A stretch of 64,000 nt of DNA. Origin: Candidatus Cloacimonadales bacterium (GTDB lineage: Bacteria; Cloacimonadota; Cloacimonadia; Cloacimonadales; DAONDQ01). Both the position numbers and the translations under genes were made by a program. Below the pieces are notes generated by a model. That model was not told the origin of the DNA. It did not search any database and saw nothing but the letters and a program-made list of their open reading frames with translations. The stretch is taken from assembly GCA_963662275.1 (NCBI GenBank), contig OY759316.1, positions 2,208,001 through 2,272,000 on the forward strand. Direction: 5' to 3'. Shown here in pieces: positions 1-10,753 of the stretch; positions within the stretch are counted from its first letter, which is position 1; the number at the start of each line of letters is the position of its first letter.

Positions 1-114
1 TTCTTCAAATATACACTCTGCAGAATATACGCACTGGGTGCATTTTGCCACCTCACGGGATGAGGCGTTCCTCTGCCAATTCTTTAAGAAATAAAGACAC
101 CGCTTTTCGACATA

Positions 115-855
115 TTATTTTATCTGCACCACATTTTTTAGCAAATCATGTTGATATGCATAGATAAGTGCCCCGATAATCAGTAGAATTACTGCAAAGA
201 TCAGGTTCAGTGTCATGCACCAAATCCCTTTCAGAATATCGACAAACCGGATTTTCTTATCATAGAATGACCGGATATAATAGGAAATGATAATTAAAAA
301 CATAACCGGTAATTTCAAATCCGGGAATTTGTAAAATGTAACCAAATTGAATACCGCTGAAATGAAAAATGACATCCCAATGATATAGAAATTGAGGAAG
401 AAATGCTCAGCAAGATTGAATTTTCTGCTTCTAAATACTAGGTAATTTCCAAGGGCGGAAACAGTGGTAAAGATAAAGATTATGGGACGTGTGTACTGCT
501 CGATGTTAATAGGGGAACTAGCTCCATTGATCATTATTGTCCCGGGTTCATCTGTTCCGACATCTCCAACGAGAAGGGAAATGATGCCCTTAAAAATAAG
601 GATGAATAGAAAAAACTGCACCGCTCCGGTATAGCCGACTCTTTTCCCTGCCAGGTAGTTTTCCACCATTTTCTTGGGATTCAAAAGCAGGGATTTTATA
701 GTGAAAAGCATCCCTTTATGGAAAGTAAAGTTATTGAAGATAAATTCCTGCGTACAAAAAGCCCAATCAATCCTCTTTATGGAAGTGCACTGTCCGCAAT
801 GAGCACAATATTGATCAGTCGTTTCGGAGTTACAATTCTTGCATAAATTACTCAT
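115..855 (-). CDS. DUF3667-like membrane protein with N-terminal zinc ribbon
   Basis: N-terminal CxxC...CxxCGQ, 'KGMLFTIKSLLLNP...YLAGKRV' motif, several hydrophobic helices; GAGG RBS. Confidence 0.75.
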   Translation of the reverse strand: MSNLCKNCNSETTDQYCAHCGQCTSIKRIDWAFCTQEFIFNNFTFHKGMLFTIKSLLLNPKKMVENYLAGKRVGYTGAVQFFLFILIFKGIISLLVGDVGTDEPGTIMINGASSPINIEQYTRPIIFIFTTVSALGNYLVFRSRKFNLAEHFFLNFYIIGMSFFISAVFNLVTFYKFPDLKLPVMFLIIISYYIRSFYDKKIRFVDILKGIWCMTLNLIFAVILLIIGALIYAYQHDLLKNVVQIK

Positions 856-1283
856 GAATACCTCATTGAAAGAAGGTTTTAGGTGCCAGGTACTAGGTGT
901 TCGGTTTCAGAGAATATAAATAACAATATTAGAAAGAGGTCAATAAATTTCTGTTATGCACAAGTCTCTAACCTCTAGTATCTATCTACTTCTACACATT
1001 GCATCCTCGACCTGATCGGGGATCCATCTTTTCTGCACTGCTCTAACCTATATCCATATCCTATGCAGGGAGTCTTTTCAGTTTTATATGGATAAAGCAG
1101 GGAAGTTCAGATGCGACCTTTCAACATCAGTAGTGAAAACCCCTTTTCTGGAAAGTTCGAAAGACGGGTTTACTACCGCAAACCCGTATTGCAGCAATTC
1201 CATCAGGGGCAATCTCACTTTTACCCTTTGAGGCGATGATCACTCTCTTCTCAATTCTTCAATGCGTATCACCTGTTCTGATT

Positions 1284-2264
1284 TTATAATTCAATTTTGA
1301 TTGCTTTGTTGGGTATCAGATATAGTTTGTTATGGAAATAATCAAAAACTGTATTGAATTTCATAAACAGAGGCAAACCAATTACTCCCAGATTATCCTG
1401 ATGAACACGGGCTGTTTTACCATTGCTGAAAACAACCTCGGGATTATTGAAAACATATTTCCCAATAGACATTTCTTTAATTTTGCATTTATAGTCAGAA
1501 CATTCACCTTGGACTCCATAACTTTTTAAAGGTTGTGCTCCGATAGGGGTTTGTATATTTTGATTATTGTTAGTGGCTATATTAAGTGAATATATGCCTC
1601 CTAAATCAATATCAACATTACCGTTATAGTGAGATCCATCCTCCAGTGCAAAAGACATCGGAACAGAATAAGCACCATTTTCTTCCAGTTTCATATCTAA
1701 AACGCTACCTTTTCCATTATACTTGAACTTGTCAGGGCTATGCAAAATTATTTCTGATTTATGAAAATCAAATTCAACGATGAAATGCCCAAAAAATGTA
1801 TTACATAACTGTCCGTCTGTCCCTGGAAACATTGTGCAAAAACCTGCCGACTTTAGAGATATAAGCGCACTTTGATCATAAAATACTATATCGTCAAACT
1901 GAAGAGTCAATCCATCAGCATTATATGCCTGAGTCGGATCGTCTTTGCCTGTCCCGCCAATTTCAGCTTGTTCCTTAAGTGCTAAATCAAGAGAATCAAC
2001 CAAAGGCGAACCCATCAGCCAAATTTCATTCCACAGTGTTCCATTGTCAATCATCAGCAGGGCATCTTTTCCGTTAATCTTAAGCTTCATTAACGGCTTT
2101 CCATAATGCATTATGAAAGGAATATGAATTTCACTTTTAACTCCACTTAAAACTTGATAATGCCCGGGTCCTTTCACTACTTTCGCACTTGTGGTATCTA
2201 TTGCTGCTAATGCCAATGCGCTGAATGACATAATTGATAAAGTGATTAGATTTGATAAACTCAT
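1284..2264 (-). CDS. Secreted retropepsin-like (aspartyl protease family) protein, two tandem domains
   Basis: ATG at 2264 with GGAGG RBS, signal peptide; 'MIDNG' and 'DIDLG' degenerate D(T/S)G motifs; 'GVIGLPLFMKFNTVFDY' tail. Confidence 0.6.
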   Translation of the reverse strand: MSLSNLITLSIMSFSALALAAIDTTSAKVVKGPGHYQVLSGVKSEIHIPFIMHYGKPLMKLKINGKDALLMIDNGTLWNEIWLMGSPLVDSLDLALKEQAEIGGTGKDDPTQAYNADGLTLQFDDIVFYDQSALISLKSAGFCTMFPGTDGQLCNTFFGHFIVEFDFHKSEIILHSPDKFKYNGKGSVLDMKLEENGAYSVPMSFALEDGSHYNGNVDIDLGGIYSLNIATNNNQNIQTPIGAQPLKSYGVQGECSDYKCKIKEMSIGKYVFNNPEVVFSNGKTARVHQDNLGVIGLPLFMKFNTVFDYFHNKLYLIPNKAIKIEL

Positions 2265-2769
2265 GCGACCTCCATTACTTCCTATTGGATAATATATCTC
2301 TATGATATGAAAACTATATCTATTCGATATAATCAATAAAGACAATAACTAAAATCCTTTCTCAAAATCGAGGCTACGTCTACAATCTGCATAACTCGAT
2401 TCAGTTGAAATACCTGGACCAGAAAGTAAATTGCAAATATTATACCAAATATGCTTGATGACTGATCATCCCTAAATGTCACATGGCTTCTGCAAAGCAA
2501 GCGGTTTCCGAGTGATCATTATGCTTATGTGCTAAAGAGCTGCCAGATCCAGGAAGAGTTCACTAAAATAGGTCATATTTTCAGACATTGCCTCAAGTAT
2601 TTAAAGATAAATATACCAATGTAACAATGTGAGAAGTCTTTCTGTGTATATTAGGAGGTAATACTTTTCGTTACAAACTTACTTCTTTCCGCAGAGTCTA
2701 ATTCTTCATTCTTAATTCTTTGAACTCCCCCAATCTTAAATCTAAAATGAACTACTTTCCCATTGCCAT

Positions 2770-2824
2770 ACCATTACGGTAGCATTACGGTAAAAAACCG
2801 TAATGCTACCGTAATGCTACCGTA
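2770..2824. repeat. 11-nt tandem repeat (CATTACGGTAG) arranged as an inverted pair
   Basis: accattacggtagcattacggta followed by accgtaatgctaccgtaatgctaccgta. Confidence 0.85.
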
Positions 2825-2907
2825 TAGGTACCGTAGTGCGCATTAGTTGTACCTGTCGTCCGTACTGAACTTCTTTTCCAATCTTGCTTTTTGCAATTTT
2901 CTCCAAA

Positions 2908-2950
2908 TCCTGTAAGGATGAAAGATATTAACACCTGATTTCAATCAGGT
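2908..2950. repeat. REP-like palindromic repeat, intact copy of the intron target family
   Basis: ggatgaaagatattaacacctgatttcaatcaggt with ACCTGATT-TC-AATCAGGT hairpin; related copies at 5105-5130 and 30551-30730. Confidence 0.8.
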
Positions 2951-2992
2951 TATATGCCTTGTCCCCTTTCTAAATCCCATCGGGATGAAAGA

Positions 2993-5104
2993 ATCGAGTA
3001 GGGTGATGCTGGATAATTAATCCCAGCATCATCCCTCTCACAGAACCGTGCGTACGGGTCTCGTACACGGCTCCTGATAATCTTTGTAATTACTCGCAGT
3101 AATTAAATAAAACACTTGTCTGAAGCGATGTCAGATCAAACAACTTCAGTCCTTCAAACCACTTGTTCGGCAAGGCAAAGTTTAGGTGGAAGCTCAGGGA
3201 GTTACGCCATCTGGTCATGGATAGTTTTGGACATTCTCCTTTGAAGCCTTATCTCCGTAATGCTTTATGGAACGCTTTCCAGCTTTTCCATTCACGCATC
3301 TTCTTCATCCGAAGCCTCCTTCGTATCCATTCCATCAGGCTCTCAAAGATGCTCTTACAGCTTGCAGCCCTGAAATAGTTACCCCATCCTCTTAGTATAG
3401 GATTCAGGTTTTCTATTATCATGGCTATGGGTATGCCACTGTTGCGGGGAGTAAGTTTTCGTATCTTATCCTTGAAGCGTTTCAAACGTTCCCTGTCGAT
3501 ACAGACACGCTTACCTTTGATGTTAAATCCAAGATAACTGACCCCGCTGCTGATACTGCTGATATGAGTCTTTTCCAGATTGACTTGCAGGCGAAGTTCT
3601 TCAAGTATCGCTGTCGCTATCTTTTGATATTGCTCTGCCTTTTTCCTGGTCGGAGCAAATATCAGGATGTCATCAGCATAACGTACTATCCTGATATTCC
3701 GCTGTTTCATCTTCTGGTCGAACTCATCCAGATAGATATTCATCAATAAGGGTGAGATTACTCCACCTTGCGGACTGCCTATCTCAGTAGCTTTGAAATC
3801 CCCATCGACCATTACTCCTGATTTGAGAAAACGGCTGATTAATCTCAGCAATGTACCATCACTGATTTTCCTGTTCAGACGGCTCAATATCCGTTCGTGG
3901 TCTAAGGTGTCAAAACATTTGGATAAGTCCATATCCACGGCATAACCCAAATTGTAAGCTGTAAGAAAACGCTGGGCTTTTGCTACGGCATGCTGGCAAG
4001 ACCGATGCGGTCTGTAACCATAACTGGACGGATGGAAGTCAGGCTCAAATATCGGTTGTATGATATTCAGGATTGCCTGCTGCACTACTCTGTCTCTTAC
4101 CGTTGGAATGCCAAGCGGTCTCATTTTGCCATTGGGTTTGGGTATCTCTACCCGCCTTACAGGTGATGGCTCGTAAGTACCTGCCATTAGTTCGTCGTGA
4201 AGTTGGTTGATGTTCACTGCCAGTTGTTCGTCAAAGTTTGCTATACTCTGCCCATCAATGCCTGATGCACCTTTATTTCGTTTTACCGAAGTGAAGGAAG
4301 CATACAGGTTGGGCAGGGAGTACACCTTGTCGATTAAGCTGTAGTATTTTCTCATGACATTTCCTGTCTCATTGTGATTCGTCTTGAGGTGTTCATCGAT
4401 GATGATTGTCTCTTCATCAGGTCGTCCTGCCTTCTTTAGCATATAGCAATATGGCAGAACTGCTAATTTTGTGCTTTGCCTGATTAATCAGTCTCGTGCG
4501 GTCGGGGTTGAAAGGAAGTTCGTCACCACTGTCAAACCGAGCCTCGAAGCATTTCAGCTCCTTCCTTCGTTTCTCACTTTTCATCGATTACTTTCCACAT
4601 TTCAAATCATGCCTTCGGATTATCTTCATCCCTTCGCATGAACTGCATCCTTTTGAGATACAGAACTCAGCATTACCGTGAATGCTGTCCCTTTTGTTTT
4701 ATCCTCCAGACTGTCACCAGCTTTCATAGGCAAAAGGTTAATCACTACTACGGAATCATCTGCCACCTGCTACCGCTTGGCTTCTCACTTGTCTTTCAAC
4801 TTGATCGAAGCTACTACCTTAAGTAGACAATAACAGGCTTCCCCAGTTAAGTTTTCCTGCCTGAATATGAAGCCATCTGTCATAATCTGTAGAGTTATCC
4901 AGCTTTCGGGCTTTCCCACTTTTAGAAAGGTTACCCACTCTACAAACCAACATCAGTTCACTTGCGCTGTGTTCCATATTCCCTCTGCGTCTTACTTCAG
5001 ACCCTGCCGTTGCCGGCAACGCCCTTGACCTCGAGTTGACTTCCCGCTGATTAGGTGTCAGGACTTCTTCCAGTCCATCGGCGCAGAAAACATTCTGGGC
5101 AAAC
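2993..5104 (-). mobile_element. Group II intron, class C (IIC)-like
   Basis: 5' GTTTGCCCAGAATG at 5104; DV GAGCCGTGTACGAGACCCGTACGCACGGTTC and DVI ending CCCTACTCGAT at 2993; RT ORF inside; inserted just downstream of a hairpin. Confidence 0.9.
3090..4355 (-). pseudogene. ltrA: Group II intron reverse transcriptase/maturase without En domain; in-frame TAA at 3249-3251
   Basis: RPLGIPTVRDRVVQ, PQGGVISPLL, RYADD, GWGNYF motifs; the frame continues 52 codons past the TAA (..RWRNS..ALPNKWFEGLKL..) to a TAA at 3090-3092. Confidence 0.85.
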
Positions 5105-5504
5105 TAATAACACCTGATTTCAATCAGGTGTATAGCACGAAGATCAGCCAAAGTCCCAGCGGGACGATAGATTACTAGCCTACAAACACTACTGTCCAGT
5201 AATCTTTCGTCCCTAGAGGACTGATTTAGTTGTCGCCTTTAGTCACATATCGCCGGATTGAAATCCGAGCGTTAATATCTAACGTCAGTACCTGACTTGA
5301 TTGTTACCGTCATTTTTGACTCGATTATAACTGTTACCATCATTCTTTCTCAGATGAGAATCCAGGACTCCATCTTCTCTACTCTGCCAATCTTCAATCT
5401 TCCAGCTTAACCTCGCACCAGTTGCAATTTCTGTTGACAGGAAAAAGTGTGATTGCAATGAATAAATTCGAAAGATAGATATCAGTATCATGAGAGGAGA
5501 GCCA

Positions 5505-6539
5505 ATGTTTTCTAAAATTGTTTTTAATGAATTTACGGTTTTTACAAAACTTGAAATCCCATTTTCTCCAGGCATTAATGTCTTTATTGGAGAGAATGGA
5601 ACAGGGAAAACTCACATCCTGAAAGCCCTGTATGCCTCTGCTGATATCACTACTTCAGCGATAACCCAGAGTTTCGCAGATAAGATAAACAGAGTATTTT
5701 TACCATCTGAAAGCCATATTGGGAGATTGGTTCATCGAAAGATTGGCAGAAAAAAAGGGTCAATAGAAGTATATCGTGAAGGCAATGGAAATCAGTTAAA
5801 AATCAAATTAGAAATAACAAATATGATGAAGAACTCTGATTCAGCAAAGAAAAATGGTACTGATAAGTTATGGCTAAGCAATCCGGTTGAATCAGTTTAT
5901 ATACCTGTTAAAGAAATGTTATCCAATGCTCCAGGTTTCAAATCTGAATATGAGAATAAAAAGCTCGCTTTTGAAGAGATTTATCCGGATATAATCAGTA
6001 GAGCATTGCGTCCTGTAACAAGAGGTACTGCAGATCAAACAAAAAAGCAGCTAACTAAAATTCTTCAAAAGGCTATTGACGGCAATGTACTAACGAAAGG
6101 TGAAGAGTTCTTTTTGAAAAACAAGCAGGGAAATCTTGAATTCACTCTATTGGCTGAAGGGTTCAGAAAACTTGGATTGTTATCTATTCTTATCCAGAAT
6201 GGTACTCTAGCAAGCGGTTCTGTATTATTTTGGGATGAGCCTGAAACCAATCTTAATCCAAAGCTAATTAAAACTGTCATTGAGATTCTGATAAAACTAC
6301 AGCAAATGGGCATGCAAATCTTCATTTCGACGCATAATTACGTTGTCCTGAAATGGTTTAACCTGCTTTCTCAAAAAGAGGATAAGATATTATACCATTC
6401 GTTATTTCGGGAAGACAATGAGATTAAGATTCACACTACAGATAATTATGATTTAATCTCTCCGAATGCCATCGATGAAGTCTTTGGCGATATCATTGAT
6501 GAGGAAATCACAAAAGATATGGGGAATGCAGGAAAATGA
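5505..6539 (+). CDS. ABC/AAA_21-type ATPase
   Basis: Walker A GENGTGKT, signature LAEG, Walker B LFWDEPE, H-loop ISTH; GAGGAG RBS before ATG 5505. Confidence 0.85.
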   Translation: MFSKIVFNEFTVFTKLEIPFSPGINVFIGENGTGKTHILKALYASADITTSAITQSFADKINRVFLPSESHIGRLVHRKIGRKKGSIEVYREGNGNQLKIKLEITNMMKNSDSAKKNGTDKLWLSNPVESVYIPVKEMLSNAPGFKSEYENKKLAFEEIYPDIISRALRPVTRGTADQTKKQLTKILQKAIDGNVLTKGEEFFLKNKQGNLEFTLLAEGFRKLGLLSILIQNGTLASGSVLFWDEPETNLNPKLIKTVIEILIKLQQMGMQIFISTHNYVVLKWFNLLSQKEDKILYHSLFREDNEIKIHTTDNYDLISPNAIDEVFGDIIDEEITKDMGNAGK

Positions 6540-7057
6540 ACACAGTTGAATGTGATGGTTTGAATTTCAACTTTCCCGATGCTATAGATGTCTTCAAGTT
6601 TGATGAAATGGATAAAACAAAACAAACCTTTCACTGTGGTTTCATGAAAGCTGTTGACATTGTAGCTGTTTTTAAAGACTATTCTGTTTTTATCGAACTT
6701 AAACAACATAAACAAGATTTGTATGATTTTTACAATACCTCAGATATAGCAGAAAGGACTACTCGATTCAATAAACTCCAAGACTTAAAAAGAGAATTGG
6801 TTTTAAAATACAGAGATTCTTTTCTATATCGTTATGCAGAAAAAGAAACCGATAAGCCAATCCATTACATCTGTCTTTTAACTCTCGACAACGCATTAAA
6901 TGGTCACATTGCCGGACTATTAAACAAAGAAATCCCAGTTGGTAAACCCAATCCAAGATGGAAGAAGGATATTGTAAAAAGTTGCAAGGTTCTTAATTTT
7001 AAAATGTGGAATAGAGCTTTCCCAAAATGGGTTGTTACAGGTATTGAGAACTCATAA
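6536..7057 (+). CDS. Putative PD-(D/E)xK nuclease, coupled to the ATPase
   Basis: ATGA overlap with the upstream gene; 'KAVDIVAV...VFIELK' motif. Confidence 0.6.
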   Translation: MNTVECDGLNFNFPDAIDVFKFDEMDKTKQTFHCGFMKAVDIVAVFKDYSVFIELKQHKQDLYDFYNTSDIAERTTRFNKLQDLKRELVLKYRDSFLYRYAEKETDKPIHYICLLTLDNALNGHIAGLLNKEIPVGKPNPRWKKDIVKSCKVLNFKMWNRAFPKWVVTGIENS

Positions 7058-7539
7058 TGGAAAACAAATTGGATGTGAAAGATTCGGAATCACATAGCCA
7101 GCAGCACGAAGCTTTGTGTAAAGCTGTAATCAGTCATTTCGTTCCAAAGTTTATGCCGGATGCGGTTTTGGTTTATTCCACTCTATCAATTGATTCTCCT
7201 GACCTCGATAAAGATCTTCAAACTAAGTTATGTATTCCAACTGATAATCCACAAGCATTACCTGATATTATTTTATATAAATCTGATTCCAACTGGTTAG
7301 TATTAATTGATTTAGTAACCGGACACAGAGTCATGGGCAATAATCGTTGTAAAGAATTGATAAGAATGTTCAAAGACTCTCCTATTGAACAGGTTTTCGT
7401 AAATGCATTTCATAATAAAAAGGAAATGACAGATTCTCAAACTGATATAGCATGGGGAACAAATGTCTGGTTTTCTGAAGAACCAGAGCATATGATACAT
7501 TTTGATGGGAATCACGTTGTGGAACCGTACAAGAAATGA
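7057..7539 (+). CDS. BsuBI/PstI-family restriction endonuclease C-terminal domain (stand-alone or truncated)
   Basis: 'HEALCKAVISHFVPKF', 'LPDIILY..NWLVLID', 'DIAWGTNVW..EEPEHMIHFDG' resemble the BsuBI/PstI C-terminus; no N-terminal domain or methylase nearby. Confidence 0.75.
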   Translation: MENKLDVKDSESHSQQHEALCKAVISHFVPKFMPDAVLVYSTLSIDSPDLDKDLQTKLCIPTDNPQALPDIILYKSDSNWLVLIDLVTGHRVMGNNRCKELIRMFKDSPIEQVFVNAFHNKKEMTDSQTDIAWGTNVWFSEEPEHMIHFDGNHVVEPYKK

Positions 7540-7831
7540 CTATTCAGTAATTTCTTATTTTTCACTATTTCAAGGTTGTGATAATATTCTTTGATATATC
7601 TTCTGCAATATTAATTTTGAACTGCTATTAAATGAGCATTCCTTAATTAGCAGACCTAAATCTCATTTGCTATTAATTAATATTGACAAGTTTTGAGATA
7701 TCTGTTTATGAGTAATCAATATTTTGTGAACGTCCTTGTATTAATGAAGTTACACTGAGCATAGGGAAAATTAACAAAGATACTCAGAATATTGAAACTT
7801 ACAAAATATCAAGGGATCAAAGGAGGATACG

Positions 7832-9793
7832 ATGAAATTAAAATCATTTCGAGTAACTGAATTCAAGTCTATTATCGATTCAAATGAAATACTAATCAAT
7901 GATATCGGATGTTTGGTCGGAAAAAATGAAGCTGGAAAGACTGCCTTATTACAAGCATTGTATAGGTTGAATCCGATTGATCAGGTCAATACGGACTTTA
8001 ATGTAACTAATGATTACCCTCGTGCAAATGTTTCTAACTATGAGATGGAAGTTTCAGAAGGTGAAAGATTTCCTTCTACAGTTATCAGTGCTGAGTTCAT
8101 TATCGAAGATTCTGACTTTATAGAAATGGGAATTGATCCAGCAATGCTTCCTGAAAAAAAAATAACTTTATTTAAAGGCTATGATAATATTGACTATTTT
8201 ACCTTATCCGTTTCACAAGATTTATATATAGAATGGCAATTTAGCAAGGTCAATTATTCTGAAGATGAACTAAATAAAGATCTAATTAAAACTATCATTA
8301 ATTGCAATACTATTAAGGATTTTGCTACAATAAACACCGAACCATTTAAAGGAGTGACGCAATGTGCGACTCTTGTAGAATTTATTACAAACATTCAAAA
8401 GCAACATCCTTCTCATGAAATTTATACAAAATATGTTGCACCGATAGTGCCTAAATTTCTATATTTTGATGAATTTTACCAAATGTCTGGAATGGTCAAT
8501 ATTCCGAAACTTAAATCAAGAGTTAGTAATAATCAAATCAAAGATAGTGATAAACCAATGTTAGGGTTAATAGAACTTGCTAGGTTGAGTCTTGATTCTT
8601 TTGATCAAATTAAAGAAACAAGGGAATTACTTAATAAGCTTGAAGGGGCATCAAATACCATTCAAAGATCTTTTATGAAATATTGGTCTCAAAGTAGCAA
8701 CATAAATCTGCAACTTGATTATCGTGAGGGTAAAACTCAAGATCAAGAAGAATTTCGATCAGGTGGCAATATTATAACTGCTATAAGAGACAATCTACAT
8801 CAAGTGACAACAATGATTGGAGAGAGATCGAGAGGTTTTATTTGGTTCTTTTCTTTTATCGCTTGGTTCTCACTTCAAAAATCAAAATATAAGAATAATA
8901 TAATTCTCCTATTAGATGAACCTGGTCTAACCTTACATGCCAAAGCACAATATGATCTTTTAAATTATATTGAAAAAGAATTAAGCCCTTACCACCAAGT
9001 AATTTATACTACACATTCCCCATTTATGATAGATATGAAACACATTGAGAGGATCAATATTGTTGAAGACAAGGGTCTTGATATTGATGAGATTATTGGA
9101 ACAAAGGTGACGCAGGACATTCTTGAAACGGGGAAAGATAGCTTGTTCCCTCTTCAAAGTGCATTGGGATATGAAATTACTCAATCTTTATTTATTGGTC
9201 CATATTGCTTGATTGTCGAAGAGCCTTCTGATTTACTATATTTAACTGCAATTTCTTCAATACTCGAGAAAAATGGAAGAGTATTTATAGATCCGCGATG
9301 GGTAATTACCCCAGTCGGTGGTATTGACAAAGTGCCTGCATTTATTTCATTATTTGGTTCTCAAAAAAATATGAAAATTGCCGTATTAATCGATTTTCAA
9401 TCAAAAGATAAGCAACTGATTGAAGGATTGTATAAAAAGAAACTGATTAAACAGACTAATGTGAAAACATTTTCTGATTATCTTAGTGGAAAAGATGCAG
9501 ATATTGAAGATATTTTTGATAATGAATTTTATATCAACTTAGTAAATTCAGAATACAAACAGGATTTGGCAAAACCGATAACAACAAAATTTCTTAATAC
9601 TAAAATTCCGCGTATCATTCTTCAACTGGAAGATTATTTTAAATCAAATCCACTGAAAAACAACATCACATATAATCACTACCGCCCTTCTAGGTATTTT
9701 AATGAAAACCTTGGTAAATTACAGGGAGCATTATCTGAGGAGAGTCTAAGTAGATTTGAATCAATTTTCAAAGATTTGAATACACTACTATAA
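7832..9793 (+). CDS. OLD-family-like ATP-dependent nuclease (ABC ATPase + TOPRIM)
   Basis: GKNEAGKT, RSRGFIWF, LLLDEPG, YTTHSPF, TOPRIM-like LIVEEPSD and DIED; GGAGG RBS. Confidence 0.8.
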   Translation: MKLKSFRVTEFKSIIDSNEILINDIGCLVGKNEAGKTALLQALYRLNPIDQVNTDFNVTNDYPRANVSNYEMEVSEGERFPSTVISAEFIIEDSDFIEMGIDPAMLPEKKITLFKGYDNIDYFTLSVSQDLYIEWQFSKVNYSEDELNKDLIKTIINCNTIKDFATINTEPFKGVTQCATLVEFITNIQKQHPSHEIYTKYVAPIVPKFLYFDEFYQMSGMVNIPKLKSRVSNNQIKDSDKPMLGLIELARLSLDSFDQIKETRELLNKLEGASNTIQRSFMKYWSQSSNINLQLDYREGKTQDQEEFRSGGNIITAIRDNLHQVTTMIGERSRGFIWFFSFIAWFSLQKSKYKNNIILLLDEPGLTLHAKAQYDLLNYIEKELSPYHQVIYTTHSPFMIDMKHIERINIVEDKGLDIDEIIGTKVTQDILETGKDSLFPLQSALGYEITQSLFIGPYCLIVEEPSDLLYLTAISSILEKNGRVFIDPRWVITPVGGIDKVPAFISLFGSQKNMKIAVLIDFQSKDKQLIEGLYKKKLIKQTNVKTFSDYLSGKDADIEDIFDNEFYINLVNSEYKQDLAKPITTKFLNTKIPRIILQLEDYFKSNPLKNNITYNHYRPSRYFNENLGKLQGALSEESLSRFESIFKDLNTLL

Positions 9794-9812
9794 AAAAAAT
9801 TAAGGGGATAGA

Positions 9813-10682
9813 ATGAAAAATACTGGGCGAGAATACGAAGAACTTACTGAAGAAATCTTTAAAAGTATTTTAGATATGAAAAACTATGTTACTTTACGTT
9901 TAGATAGGAATGTAAAAGTAAAAGGGAAATCAGGACAAAAACATGAAATCGACGTATATTGGGAATATCAATTAGGTCATGACCCCTCTCCGAAACTCAT
10001 CTTATTTCAATCAAAAGATTGGAAATCAAACGTCTCAAAAGGAGATGTTATGGCTTTTCATTGTGTTCTGCAAGATATTCCTGGTCAACCAAACGGAATT
10101 TATGTTACTAAGACTGGATATCAATCTGGAGCTATTGAATATGCTAAGTTTCACGGTAATCCACTATGGGAACTTAGACCTCCGACAAAAGAAGATTGGG
10201 AAAATCGTATTAAAGATATTCACTTTGAAATCCATTGTTCTACTCCAGATGTTAAATTGGAATTCAGTTTTGATAATGAATGGGCTAGGAATAAGTTCGA
10301 TGAGTTAGGCATTGAACCTGTTGAATTATCTATGGCGGGTATGAAACGCGACATTTACATTTTTGATAAACAATTTCAACAAACCAATGAAACTTTAGAT
10401 TCTATTGAAAATAAATATATTAAAATTTGTGAAGATTCTAAATCGGATCATATGGAAATAGAACATGATTTTGTTCCAGAATCATATATACGTACAAATA
10501 ATGATGCATTTCCATTTATGAAGATTAACGGAATAAAATTTGATATCAACATTCTGAAACATAATGAGACGATGATAATCAAAGGAGAAGACGTCGTCAA
10601 ATATAAATTATCTGAATGTTTTTCCGGTGCTCTATTTACAATTAATAAGGACAATCGATTAATTCCTCATTCAAATACCTGA
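9813..10682 (+). CDS. Mrr-like restriction endonuclease domain protein
   Basis: 'GREYEEL', 'GKSGQKHEIDVYW', 'FQSKDW', 'GIYVTKTGYQSGAIEYA'. Confidence 0.75.
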   Translation: MKNTGREYEELTEEIFKSILDMKNYVTLRLDRNVKVKGKSGQKHEIDVYWEYQLGHDPSPKLILFQSKDWKSNVSKGDVMAFHCVLQDIPGQPNGIYVTKTGYQSGAIEYAKFHGNPLWELRPPTKEDWENRIKDIHFEIHCSTPDVKLEFSFDNEWARNKFDELGIEPVELSMAGMKRDIYIFDKQFQQTNETLDSIENKYIKICEDSKSDHMEIEHDFVPESYIRTNNDAFPFMKINGIKFDINILKHNETMIIKGEDVVKYKLSECFSGALFTINKDNRLIPHSNT

Positions 10683-10753
10683 GGCGAAGTTGTTAACAAA
10701 ACACCTTCAAATTACTTTGAAAACAGTTATTAAAATATCAATAGGAGGTCAGC

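Noticed and set aside
3090..4355. RT as a DGR or retron enzyme linked to the FGE gene or defence island
   Set aside because: It has group II intron motifs and a maturase domain and lies within recognisable intron ends (DV/DVI)
4356..4442. Upstream extension of the RT ORF (MLKKAG...)
   Set aside because: Probably intron RNA; MRKYYSLIDKV at 4355 is the more typical start
7832..9793. Gabija (GajA)
   Set aside because: No adjacent UvrD-like GajB
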